Positions 53,030 to 64,000 of a DNA stretch of 64,000 nt are shown here, piece by piece. Source of the stretch: the human T2T-CHM13v2.0 reference genome, Homo sapiens; assembly GCA_009914755.4 (NCBI GenBank), contig CP068257.2:26976001-27040000 (forward strand), given 5' to 3'. Made by a program: the position numbers and the translations under genes. The notes beneath the pieces are model-generated. The model did no database searches and was not told the origin of the DNA. It worked only from the letters and a program-made list of their open reading frames with translations. Position 1 is the first letter of the stretch. Each line of letters begins with the position of its first letter.

Positions 53030-56000
53030 TATTTCTTTAAATATTTTAAGTTGCATTTATATATTTGGGTACTTCATTGTCCATTTTTTAAAAAAAATAG
53101 CCTTGCCAACTGCTTATGTAATTCTTCTCTATAAAATAAACTTATAAATCTGAGGGACATCAATTTCTCTTACATTTTCTAATATTATTAATAAACTTCT
53201 GTCTTGACCTTAAAATCACAATTCTAAATTGATTATGCATGATGCATATTTTAAATTAGAATCTATTTCTAACATTGCAAATGGTCCTCAACTTAGGACC
53301 TACGTTGTTCCCTCATGTCCCTGGACTTTTGAGTTTGTTTCCATTTGTCTCAGCTTTGAAAGGAAGCAGATTGGAAGGAAGGAAGATTTCTTCTTACTCT
53401 GTCTCCCATTTATCTTTTCTTCGGTATTTAGGAAAATGTGTGACTTTGGTGAGAAATTTACAGAATTTATTTTCTCATTTAATCATTAGATTCCCTTTGC
53501 AGTATACATTTAAGATTCTTTAAAGTAGTTGTCTGTTCAATTTTTACTATACACTTAATACTAGAAAAGGAGTTTAGGTTGCTAATACATGCCTTTGGAG
53601 AATCCAACATGCAAACAAGAAAATATACACTTCTGGCAATGTGGTCTTCTTCAGTTTGGCAGATAAATAGACTTAGCACTTTCAGAATATCAAACTAGTT
53701 TCACACCATGTTGAAGAGAGACATGAATGATTAGATGATTAGATCTACTACTGGAAACAGTTAAGAATCTGTCCTCCACTTAATCATTAATAACAGAGGA
53801 GGGCAGGTTTTCCTATAGATTTGTAATATATTTGCCTAGATTGGAGCAAAAGGTAGAAGGGTAATAAATAGCTTAGCAGCTTTTTTGGAATTAGATATCT
53901 CTTGATATATATAAATCCTGTTTAACCACTCATCTAACCATAATGTGTTCTGAGGAAAGACTAGAAAATATAGTCGTTAGTTCTCATCTGGTCACTTGGA
54001 CTTACTATACAAAAGACAGAGAAATTCATTTCAGAGATTTCTATATTATGGGAACAAATAGAAAAAACTAGTTGTTATGCAGTAATCTGAAAGTATTTTT
54101 TCTTCAAAGAAACAGAAGTCATGAGGTATGGAGCCCAGGACAACAGAATTTGGAATCATAAAACTATGGCTCAAATGTTGGTTCTATCACCTAGCTATGC
54201 AACTTTGTAAAGACCTAATCATCTTGTTCGTAAAGGAAGATAATAATTTTCCTGTAGACTTGTTATTAGAAATAAAGATAATATATATAAAATGTCTCAG
54301 AGTAGGTCCTGATGAAATATATGCTCTTATTTTACATAATTTTTAAATTGCTATTTCTCCCTGTGCGAGCTGTATCTCATTGTCATGAACTCATGGAATA
54401 TATAAACATGTGTTGTTTTGACAGATTTTTATTCCAATGATGTGCTTTGCTAAAAAGTATATAATCCACCATCAGGTTTCTGGGTTAAAGTGAAATGAGA
54501 AGCCATAATTTGTGTTTCTTTGATGAAAGAATTAGAATATGGGAAAAAAGTATTCTAAACCAAAACTATGAGAATGGGGGAAAGAGAGAATAAAGAAGCA
54601 AATATTGCAGCAGATTGTCCTTCACTCTCAAGAATGTGTCGAATACACATTTTGCTTCTGAAATCTGGAATCTTTCTGCTCTAGGTGGAAATCAGACTGC
54701 TTTTCTAGGAGTATTTATGTTGTTTCATGATGTGATTATTTCACATTGCATCATTGCATGCCTCTATCAAAACATCTCATGTAACTCATAAAATATACAC
54801 CTACTATGCACCTACAGAAGTTAAAAATAAAAAGTTACAAAAGTAAAAGAGGGTGAAATTCATTTAAAAACACTATTCTAGAGGCAACAACAGAGGGGTC
54901 AAGGAAACAAGTTCTGAAATCCATCTTCTCATTGGTATGGCCTCCTAGCTGTGGGATCTGAGTTACGAATGTGTGATCCTTTGTGATCCTTCAAGTAAGG
55001 TTAATAATAATCACTACCTCATAGAGTTGTTGGGAGTATTAAATGAATTAATACATGGAAAGTGTTCAGGATGGCACCTGGCATATACTAATATTTATTA
55101 AGTATTCATTGTTATTACTGCTAATCAACCCAACAGCAAACGAGAAAAAACTCGTACTCTGTCTGGGAAACACAGAAGTCCTTTGGGGGAAAATTTAGTA
55201 TCAAGAACAATCCTGAGAGTGTTCTAGGTCCTGGTCAAATCTCGTTATAAGCCAATTTTCCCCCTTTTCAGCATTTTCAACCAGGTTAAGTCAAATTAGA
55301 ACAAACATTAAAGATAACCTTAAATAAGGCACTAAAGGCATCTTGAAATCTAACAGAAATGTGGAAAAAGGAATTTAGAGTACCATATTTTATCCCAGTT
55401 TTGCTGTGCTGTTATTGGATGTATCTTTCAGCTTTTGCTGCAATAATGCTGCATAAGAAGCAATACCAAAATCTCATTGACTTATAACAACTGAAATTTG
55501 TTTGTCACACATGGATCTGTGAGGTAGCCATGGTGACTATGCTCCAGGCTATATATCTGGTTCCTGTTCCTCAGTCTAAGACTTATAACATCGCTCAAAG
55601 GCTGATGCAGCTGTAGCCACCTAAAGAAGTTTTTATCATGGCAGAGGGAAGGAACACAAGAGAAAAAAAGCAACGACATAAACAAATTGAAAACCTTATT
55701 TGAACAGGAAGTAGGTCACTTCTGCTCACATTTCATTGACCAAAATAAATCACATGACCAGGTCCAATAGCTATGTAACAAGGAAGTACATGCCTCCTGT
55801 GCTGGTATGGTCGAGGGCAGTATTTGCTGAACAATAATACAATCAATCACACTTGCCAAACTACCAGGGTTCCATCCATCAAATTCAAGACATATACTGA
55901 CCACTTCAATTAACCGTGTATTAGTGATATAGGTCTCAAATGTTGAAGAGCATCAAAATCACCTGGGGAAATTGTTAAAAAGTATAAATGACCTGGCCTT

Positions 56001-56242
56001 CCCACAGTGATTCTAATGTAATGCATTTGAGGATGGGACCTAGGATCTGTATTGTTACCAATCTCATCAATAATCCCATCATACACCAAAGTTTGAGAAT
56101 CACTGGTTTGCAGAAAGCTATGCCTAGAGATTAGGACAAGTCACTATTCAGAGCAGGTGCCTACTTTTTGACTTGCTGTCCCAGGGAAGAAGGGAAGATG
56201 ACACAACAACATTCCCACTTGTAGAAAGAAGAGAATAAACTG

Positions 56243-56523
56243 GGCTGGGTGCAGTGGTTCATGCCTGTAATCCAGCACTTTGGGAGGCCAAGGTGGGCCA
56301 ATCACTTGAGGTCAGGAGTTTGAGACCATCCTGGTCAACATGGTGAAACCCTGTCTTTACCAAAAATACAAAAATTAGCCAGATGTGGTGGTACACATAT
56401 GTAATCCTAGCAACTCGGGAGGGTGAAGCAGGAAAATCTCTTGAACCCAAGAGGCGGGGGCTGCAGTGAGCCGAGATCACACCACTGCACTTCAGCCTGG
56501 GTGACAGAGTGAGACTCAAAAAA
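56243..56523 (+). mobile_element. Alu SINE (+)
   Basis: gggctgggtgcagtggttcatgcctgtaatccagcactttgggaggccaaggtgggccaatcacttgaggtcaggagtttgagacc…gcacttcagcctgggtgacagagtgagactcaaaaaa. TSD gaagagaataaactg at 56228-56242 and 56526-56540. Confidence 0.92.
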
Positions 56524-57795
56524 GGAAGAGAATAAACTGAAGTTTCTGATGGATTGGATGTTGGCTCCCAATTATTTCCCCTCTGTGTTTTCATATCTTT
56601 GCCATTTGACTTTGCAGTTCCTCCCACTGTTTCCCTACCTTGTGGTTAGACTTAACCATGTGACTCACTTGGCCAGTGAGATGTGGGCGAAGTAACAGAG
56701 TGCCAGTTCCAAGCTTAAACCGTGTTCCTGCTTACCCTCTTGATCTGTACCTTGAGAACAGCTTTTCCTGGTAGCTGCTGCCAGTCCAGACAGGACCCCA
56801 GAGTTACACATTGACCAGCCTAAGCCCAAGCAAGAAGCCAAGCCCAGCTGGACCCAACTTGAATCAGAGCTTTTTAGCCAAGAGCAGTTAGATCAATCCA
56901 TCTCCATATGAAATCCATACACATGAAAGAAAAACTGATTGCAATTTTGAGCCAATGGATTTGGGGGTGACTTGTCACTCAGCAAAAGCTAACTCATAAC
57001 CTCTCCCCAGTTTTAGCATTATTTGGGTAGCAGGAGTGGGAACTCATGCTCCCTACATTGAAAAGGGGCTCAGACTTTAAGCAAAATAATTTTCCTAATT
57101 TTATGAAACATTAAGGATATATACTACTAGGAAGTATTCTCATCTGAATTCACAGTGTGTCATTTATTTGAATATACCTGAAGAACGAAGCATATGAATG
57201 TAGAAGAGTGAAATAAGAGAAAATAGGAATATTTAGGTCATATAACAGCATCATTTTTTTTTTCAAAATAGAAACAGATTGTTGTACAGAATCCAGCAAT
57301 CCTGGTGGAAATACTCTGCAATGGAAGCATGTTTTCCATTAACTTAAATATTGTGTTAACCTCAATCAAAAATATACTTTCTTAAACTAAATACAGAATT
57401 TATAGTTTTGAGAAACAGAGCCTACAGTCTAAATGGGCAAAGGAACTGATGCAAATGACTCTGTCCCACATGATTAAAAATATTCTTAGTTTTATTTTGT
57501 AAAAATGAAATTAAAACCTAAAATAGAATTTATTCTGTCACTCAACCAAACATTTAGCCATGTGTGGTATCTTTTACATCTCCAGAGTCCATTTTCTTTT
57601 CTCATTGCTGTGTACTGTCTTGAGGCCATAAGGACACGGTTTCTCTCTATTCAATAAAACTACTCAAGAAAAACTTCTCACACACAGACAGCCTCTATCA
57701 TCTCAAGACTCTTGGAGGCTGACATTGCAAGGCAGATCTTTCTACTAAGCTAGTGAATCTGAGAAGTATTGTCAGAGCTCTGTCCTGTTAGAAAG

Positions 57796-58169
57796 TGTAT
57801 TAGTCCGTTTTCACACTGCTACAAAGAACTTCCCTGAGACTGGGTAATTTATAAAGCAAAGAGGTTTAATTGACTCACAGTTCCACATGGCTGGGGAGGC
57901 CTCAGGAAACTTACAGTTGTGGCGGAAGGCTAAGGAGGCATGTCTTACATGGCAGCAGGCAAGAGAGAGCATGTGAAAAAGGAACTGTCGAATGCTTATA
58001 AAACTGTCAGATCTTGGTGTGAACTCTCTCACTATTACAAGACAGCATGGGAGGAACCACCCTCATGATCCAATCACCTCCCACCAAGTCCTTCCTTCGA
58101 CACATGGGGATTATGGGGATTACAATTTGAGATGAGATTTGGTTGGGGACACAGAGTCAAACTATATCA
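57796..58169 (+). mobile_element. MST-family (MaLR) solo LTR
   Basis: tgtattagtccgttttcacactgctacaaagaacttccctgagactgggtaatttataaagcaaagaggtttaattgactcacagttccacatggctggggaggcctcaggaaacttacagttgtggcggaaggc…ggggattatggggattacaatttgagatgagatttggttggggacacagagtcaaactatatca. Confidence 0.8.
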
Positions 58170-60094
58170 AAGAAAGTGATGCAACAGGTAATATATTGTA
58201 TATCTGAGTTGCACTCTGGGCTTTTGGGCTTAATGGGAGTGTCTTGCTATGAAGAAGAAAGATGTATGGAACAAGGAGGGGCAAGAGCCTTCACGGGAGG
58301 CTCAGGCCTCAGAGACTGCAGCCAGCTTTGGATCTTGCCTGTGATCCATGTATTTCTCCTGTACTTCATCTTTGCCTTTTGAGGGACCAAACAAATGTGG
58401 AAACTTAATCACGTCTTCGAAAGAAAGTGAGAACAGGCAGTGGTGGGAGAGAAGCAGTGCACTGTTGGAAGAAAGAGTAAAGGTCCAAATAAATCCTGTC
58501 TGAAAACCCAAGGTAATAAAGTGGGCCCTAATCATGAGAGGAAGATTTCAGGTTAACGCTACCATGCATCCTCCTTTTGCAGGCAACCTCTTCCTCTGGC
58601 TGCTAGAAAAGGAAGAATCCTCTTCATATATCCAGCCTTAGAGGTGAGCAAAGACCAACTCTGTATTCATTTGACATGAAATCAAACATTTCTGGGACTA
58701 GAAGAAGTGATTTCCCAGCCCAGAAGACTATGATGATAAATACAACCTGGATTACTGCAGTGTGGTAGGAGTGGGGTGGGCAAATAACCTGGTGTTTATA
58801 ACGTGTTTAGAAGACTCAGAGTGCTTGATGCTAATTCCCAAGAAGCTGAGTTTCGTATAGCAATGCCAGGGATATCATCATTCCATAAATCTCGTTTACA
58901 CCCTTAGTCACTAGGAAGCTTGGCTTTTTTATTACATCTGACGGTTGCTTCCACAATCATAAACATGATCCTCTGAATCATTTCCACTCTTTGAAAATGT
59001 TAGTTTTAATGTCACACGTAAATTCTGCCATAGCACTAATATTCACAATTTAATTTGCAAAACCTTTAATCCAATATATGGTCTCCCCTATCATTTCGCT
59101 GGAAAACAGAAAATTGTGAAATTCTGTGACTTATTCACTCTACAGTGGAGCAGAACAACTCAAGACCCATCAATCACATGACCAGTCATAGGCAAGTTTA
59201 AAGTACACGTTGTTTTTCAATCACCAGAGCACATTAGATAGTAGGCTCTTTTGCAAAGCAAACTCCCAAAAAAAGAAACATAGGCTTAAATAGTTATCAT
59301 TCTCATTAAACATTTGTCTAGTTCTCTCTTCACTTGAAACAGATGTTAAATCATTTGGAACTTCCCTTTGCTGAGTCCTGTCCTCCACAGAGGCTTGTTC
59401 TCTGTCTCTTTCTCACCCTCTGTCTTCCTCAGGTTAACAACTGCCCCAAGTACCAATCTATAAGGGATACTGCCTATCACTGGGTGTTAAATTTCCACTG
59501 GAAATTTAAGATGTAGAAAATGGTATTGACCATAATATTTTCCAAGGAGAGGACTGCATATGTTTACAAAGAGAGCTTTAAGTCATTTGTAGCCAAAAAG
59601 ACTCTTGAGGTGAATCCTAGAATTGCAAATAAATGTTTGCTCCTCTGCCCTGTCAGAAATGTGCAAGGCTCCTGTTTGGTAGAAAAGAACATGCAAGTTT
59701 TGGGGCCTGAGCTGAATTTCTCCATTAATAGAGAAGAAAGCGGGCTCTCCAGGAGGTGGTCTTTCTCCTCTTGTTCCCCAACCAGTGTACACCCCTCCTT
59801 TAAATTAAATGTAGAGAGAATATTTAAAGACAATGGTTTAAGGTGGTGCTGTATTAGTAGGCTATCCAAGACACTTGTATGACTCAAAGCAACCAAATGC
59901 CCTGCTCTTTTTCTCTTCTTGACGCTGCTCTCTCTTTCCATTTTTCTTGACTTGTTTTAATTTAAAAATTAAAAATGTAATTCTTCCCTCACAGATGTGA
60001 GCTAAGTCTCAGCTCTTCCTTTTATCTCCCAACTCCTGATTCAACTAAGCAAACAAAAAATACCTTCCTTTTCTATTCTTCCTTCTACATGATA

Positions 60095-60410
60095 AACGCA
60101 AAAAGAAGGAAGGCAGAGAGAGAGAGAAAGAAAAAAAATAAAAAAAGAGAGAAAGAAAAAGAAAGAGAAAGAAAGAAAGAAAGAAAGAAAGAGAAAGGAG
60201 AGAGGGAGGGAGGAAGGAAAGAAAGAAAAGAGAAGAGAGAGAAAGAGAGAGGGAGGAAGGAAGAAAGAAAGGAAGGAAGCAAAGAAGGAAGGAGGGAAGG
60301 AAAGAAAAAGAGGAAGGAAGGAAGGAAGGGAGGGAGAGAGGGAGGGGAAGGGAGAGAAAGAAAAACAGAAAGAAGAAAGGATGAAAGGGGGAAGAAAGAA
60401 AGATTGTCTA
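60095..60410. repeat. About 315-bp polypurine (GA / GAAA / GGAA) microsatellite block (homopurine on +, homopyrimidine on -)
   Basis: gaaggaaggcagagagagagagaaagaaaaaaaataaaaaaagagagaaagaaaaagaaagagaaagaaagaaagaaagaaagaaagagaaaggagagagggagggaggaaggaaagaaag … ggaaggaaggaaggaagggagggagagagggaggggaagggagagaaagaaaaacagaaagaagaaagg. Source of the spurious ORFs at 60041-60445. Confidence 0.9.
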
Positions 60411-60562
60411 GAAAAATGCATGATAGTGTTTTAGCAATCATTTAAATGAATCATTCATAACTGTTTTCTCCAATCAGAAATTTGTCTGATTCAGAAAATT
60501 TAGAAGTATTTAAAGAAAAGAAATTTGTCTGACACTACTTCTCTTTACATTGCTGAAAGTGG

Positions 60563-61078
60563 ATTTAAATCTACTTTCTCACTCCAAAAATAAACTTCAG
60601 ATAAATTTATATTCTCAGCAACATTCCAAACTCAAACACTTAGCTCACATATAACCCACATATATGGTCATATGAATATATGACTTGAAAAAGCTACATA
60701 AGTGAAAAATGCATAAAATGAATAGTTTCTCTTGCATTATAATCAACAATGTCCTTCAAGGTTTGAGGACAAAACATTCGTTAAAATTAACCACTCAGAT
60801 AACTCAGATGGTAGTGTCAGATTTAAATCTACTTTCTCACTCCAAAAATAAACTTCAGATAAATTTATATTCTCAGCAACATTCCAAACTCAAACACTTA
60901 GCTCACATATAACCCACATATATGGTCATATGAATATATGACTTGAAAAAGCTACATAAGTGAAAAATGCATAAAATGAATAGTTTCTCTTGCATTATAA
61001 TCAACAATGTCCTTCAAGGTTTGAGGACAAAACATTCGTTAAAATTAACCACTCAGATAACTCAGATGGTAGTGTCAG
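60563..61078 (+). repeat. Perfect tandem duplication, 2 x 258 bp (units 60563-60820 and 60821-61078)
   Basis: The unit atttaaatctactttctcactccaaaaataaacttcagataaatttatattctcagcaacattccaaactcaaacacttagctcacatataacccacatatatggtcatatgaatatatgacttgaaaaagctacataagtgaaaaatgcataaaatgaatagtttctcttgcattataatcaacaatgtccttcaaggtttgaggacaaaacattcgttaaaattaaccactcagataactcagatggtagtgtcag occurs twice head-to-tail. I saw no mismatch by eye. Confidence 0.9.
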
Positions 61079-61289
61079 AGGCATTTGAACCAGAGCAACT
61101 CCATCTTAAATAGAAGCTGGGTAAAATGAGGCTGAAACCTACTGGGCTGCATTCCCTGAGGGTTAAGGCATTCTAAGTCACAGGATGAGATACGAAGTCA
61201 GCAAAAGATACAGGTCACAAAGACCTTGCTGATAAAACACGCTGCAGTAAAGAAGCCGGCCAAAACCCACTAAAAGCAAGATGGCGACA

Positions 61290-61640
61290 AGAGTAATCTC
61301 TGGTCATCCTCATTGCTACACTCCCATTAGCGCCATGACAGTTTACAGATGCCATGGCAACATCAGGAAGTTACCCCATATGGTCTAAAAAGGGGAGGCA
61401 TGAATAATCCACTCCTTGTTTAGCATATCATCAAGAAATAACCATAAAAAATTGGCAACCAGCAGCCCTCAGGACTGCTCTATGGAGTAGCCATTCTTTT
61501 ATACCTTTACTTTCCTAATACACTTGCTTTCACTTTATAGACTTGTCCTGAATTCTTTCTCGCTCAAGATCCAAGAACCCTGTCTTGGAGTCTGGATCTG
61601 GACCCCCTTCTGGTAACAGCAGCCCCAGTCAAAGACTCTC
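61290..61640 (+). mobile_element. ERV1-type LTR relic (family undetermined), same class as 39930-40650
   Basis: …cctcattgctacactcccattagcgccatgacagtttacagatgccatggcaacatcaggaagttaccccatatggtctaaaaaggggagg…gagtagccattcttttatacctttactttcctaatacacttgctttcactttatagacttgtcctgaattctttctcgctcaagatccaagaaccctgtcttggagtctggatctggacccccttctggtaaca. Confidence 0.4.
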
Positions 61641-61845
61641 AAAAGCATAACTCATTCAGAGGTAGGCAGACAGAATGAGACTCCCAGGGAGCTTGTCCTG
61701 CTTCTCTGGAGTTAAATGGAAGGCTCACTTCATGATCTCACTCCTTGATTGCCCAACTGCATTAATTTTTTCTGGTTTTAGTTCTTTTTGTCTCCAGATC
61801 TGAGCACTCACCTTGAGAACTCTTTGCTAGACCCAGTATGTTAGT

Positions 61846-62190
61846 CCATTCCTGCTGCTGTCACAAAATATCTTAGACTGGGTAAATCATAAAAAATTTA
61901 TTTCTCACAGTTCTGGAAACTGGGAAGTCCCAGGTCAAGGTGGTGGCAAGTTCAGTATATAGTGGAGGCCCTGTTTCTCACAGATGGTGCTTTCTCTGTG
62001 TCCTCACATGGCCAAAAAGGCAAGGCAGCTCGCTTCAACCTCTTTTATAAGAGCATTAATCCCACCCATGAAAGTGGAGTCCTCATGACTTAATCACTTC
62101 CCAAAAGGCCCCACCCTTTAATACTATTGAATTGGGAGTTAGGTTTCAACATATGAATTCTGGGGGCACATCAACATTTAGATCATAGCA
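61846..62190 (+). mobile_element. MaLR-type LTR relic (canonical orientation of the family seen at 30355 and 32757)
   Basis: gtatgttagtccattcctgctgctgtcacaaaatatcttagactgggtaaatcataaaaaatttatttctcacagttctggaaactgggaagtcccaggtcaagg…tcctcacatggccaaaaagg…ttaggtttcaacatatgaattctgggggcacatcaacatttagatcatagca. Confidence 0.5.
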
Positions 62191-63281
62191 CCCAGTAACT
62201 AAATGATTCATTAGCTACCTAAGGACCTACGGGCTAAAACACATTGGTAAATTATAGTAAACTTATGCTTACTGTGTGATTTTAGCACATTTACCAAGTG
62301 CTTCCAAACAACTGGCTTATTTGTCCATGTCTTCCTCATACAAGATAGAACAAGTAAACTTATTCCTCTTTTATGTACAATGATTACGGAAGTGAAATAG
62401 CAACCTTTTGCTGCTTTAAACAATACATTTATTCAAACATGATAATAAAAATGAAAAATGGATCAATCCTAAAAGATAATAAATGAATACATCTCAAGTT
62501 GGCAATTCACAAATTATGTCAGGCAGAGCACAGCCTGACTCATCAACCCCTCCCAGTGTCCCTATTTTGAAAACTCGTGATCTAACTGTTATTAAGTGTT
62601 TTGAATATCTAAAGTGACTGCCAACAAGACTGTCAGCAGTAGGGCAGGATATCCATCATTGGCAACAAAAAGAGGGCAAGTTGAACACAAATGTTACAAG
62701 ACAGAGACAGAACAGGGAACATTTTAACCTTGCTCAGGGCATGCCCTTAGAAACTATAAGGATTGATGATGCATCAAGATTAATTTGATGACTTGCATTT
62801 CAACCAAGAGGGCAGATTTTCAGGAACGCATATTCTGACTTGGAGCTGGGAAAGGCACAAACCCTGGGCCCAGTCCATCTTTGGGGACTGAGAACAGAGA
62901 GTTGAGAACTCATCTTACTAATAATTCCTGCAATATTGGAGTGTGTGTTTTTAACTTGGAGTCAGACACACTTTTCCTCACCCGCAGAGTGGACAGTAAA
63001 AGTAATCCAGAATGTTGCATCTGTGTTAGCTCTTCTTAGAAGGGCCTGGAGCTGCTACAGGAAGTTTCTCATTTGGAATTATGAAGTTCTTTCTTCTCTT
63101 GGGCCACTTTCTCTTGCAAGTCCAGCTGGGCATTACCCTGCCCCGTGGAATTTACTCCAACGCAGAATCCTTCATGCTTAACCCCAATTCCACTGTCTGG
63201 GCCTTCGGAGTCAGAGCCAAAGCTCAGCAGCAGATAAAGTACAAAAGCTAGCAAGGTAGAATTTGAAGCAAACTGCCCTGG

Positions 63282-63650
63282 TGTATGGTTTTTAGGGCTG
63301 CCATAACAAACTACCACAGACTGGGTGGCTTCAACTACAGAAATTTATTGTTTAACAATTCTGGAGGCTGAAATCCTGATATCAAGGTGTCAACAAGGTT
63401 GATTTCTCCTGAGGCCTCTGTCTTTAGCTGGTAGATTCCTGTGTCTACACATGGTAGTCCCTCTGTGTGTGTCTACGTTCTAATCTCCTCATTTTGTGAA
63501 GACACCAGTCAGCTTGGATTAGGGCCCACAATAGGACCTCATTTTAATTTAATTACCCCTTCAAAGACCCTATTTCCAAATACAGTCACTTTCTGAGGTA
63601 CCAGGGGGTTAGGACTTCAACAGGAGCTGATCATAATCACAAAAGACACA
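63282..63650 (+). mobile_element. MaLR-type LTR relic (the 'gggctgccataacaaa…ctgggtggctt…' class)
   Basis: gtatggtttttagggctgccataacaaactaccacagactgggtggcttcaactacagaaatttattgtttaacaattctggaggctgaaatcctgatatcaaggtgtcaacaagg…gacaccagtcagcttggattagggcccacaataggacctcattttaatttaattaccccttcaaagaccctatttccaaatacagtcactttctgaggtaccagggggttaggacttcaacagg. Confidence 0.5.
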
Positions 63651-64000
63651 ATCCCAAATATCATCATCTTGAAATCCTGAAAGATCAAAATCCTGAAAAT
63701 ACAGAGACAGCCAGGTGGGAGGGGGTCCCGAGAGAAACTCCAACTGGCCTGCACACTGGGAGGAGCATGCACTGGGGTGTAGCCACAGAAGTTCGCGCCT
63801 TTGCAGCAGCGAGGAGCCTGGCCCCTCCTCTTCCTGGGTGGTACCCAGGATTCAATCTGTGAGGCAGGAAGCACACTAGCGGACCCTGGCTTTGTGGAGG
63901 GTCCCTATTTCCCCTTTTTCCCCCTTTTGCCCAATAAATTCCATTATTCTCACCCTTCAAATTGTCTGTGAGCCTAATTTTTTATGGCCATGTGGCAAGG

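Noticed and set aside
60041-60445. Three overlapping 118-126-aa ORFs (K/R/E-rich on +, S/F/L/P-rich on -), as possible low-complexity proteins
   Set aside because: They are artefacts of translating a 315-bp GAAA/GGAA purine tract. The same applies to ORFs 2340-2668 and 39453-39728 over CT-rich tracts.
60563-61078. 2 x 258-bp exact repeat considered as a CRISPR-like or satellite array
   Set aside because: There are only two copies and no spacers. The unit is 258 bp and the context is a eukaryotic genome. It is better described as a simple tandem duplication (see findings).

Overview
This window is primate, almost certainly human or great-ape, nuclear DNA. It is AT-rich and dominated by interspersed repeats. 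I found no confident protein-coding exon, RNA gene, CRISPR array or other prokaryote-style system; the framing of the task does not fit this sequence. Repeat content: about 10 Alu SINEs, each with a poly-A tail and mostly with recognisable target-site duplications (TSDs). At least seven L1 fragments of very different ages. One HERV-H solo LTR (LTR7) and several MaLR-type (THE1/MST-like) and ERV1-type solo LTR relics. Several long homopurine/homopyrimidine and tetranucleotide tracts. Every ORF of 100 aa or more in the six-frame track is explained by L1 ORF2 remnants, Alu read-through or translation of low-complexity DNA. The most interesting content is structural. (1) 7100-11153 is one 4-kb L1 insertion with a twin-priming 5' inversion and 14-bp TSDs. 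It later received an Alu and a HERV-H LTR7 solo LTR in the inverted arm. (2) 17353-18114 is a young L1 3' fragment bracketed by a perfect 30-bp inverted repeat instead of a direct TSD. (3) 52491-53038 is a very young (L1HS/L1PA2-like), internally permuted and inverted L1 insertion with a 12-bp TSD. It is a candidate human-specific or polymorphic insertion. (4) 60563-61078 is a perfect 2 x 258-bp tandem duplication lying about 150 bp from a 315-bp GAAA/GGAA polypurine tract. Family names are from memory of consensus sequences, not from a database search. They are moderately confident for Alu, L1, LTR7, THE1 and MST, and low for the other LTR relics.
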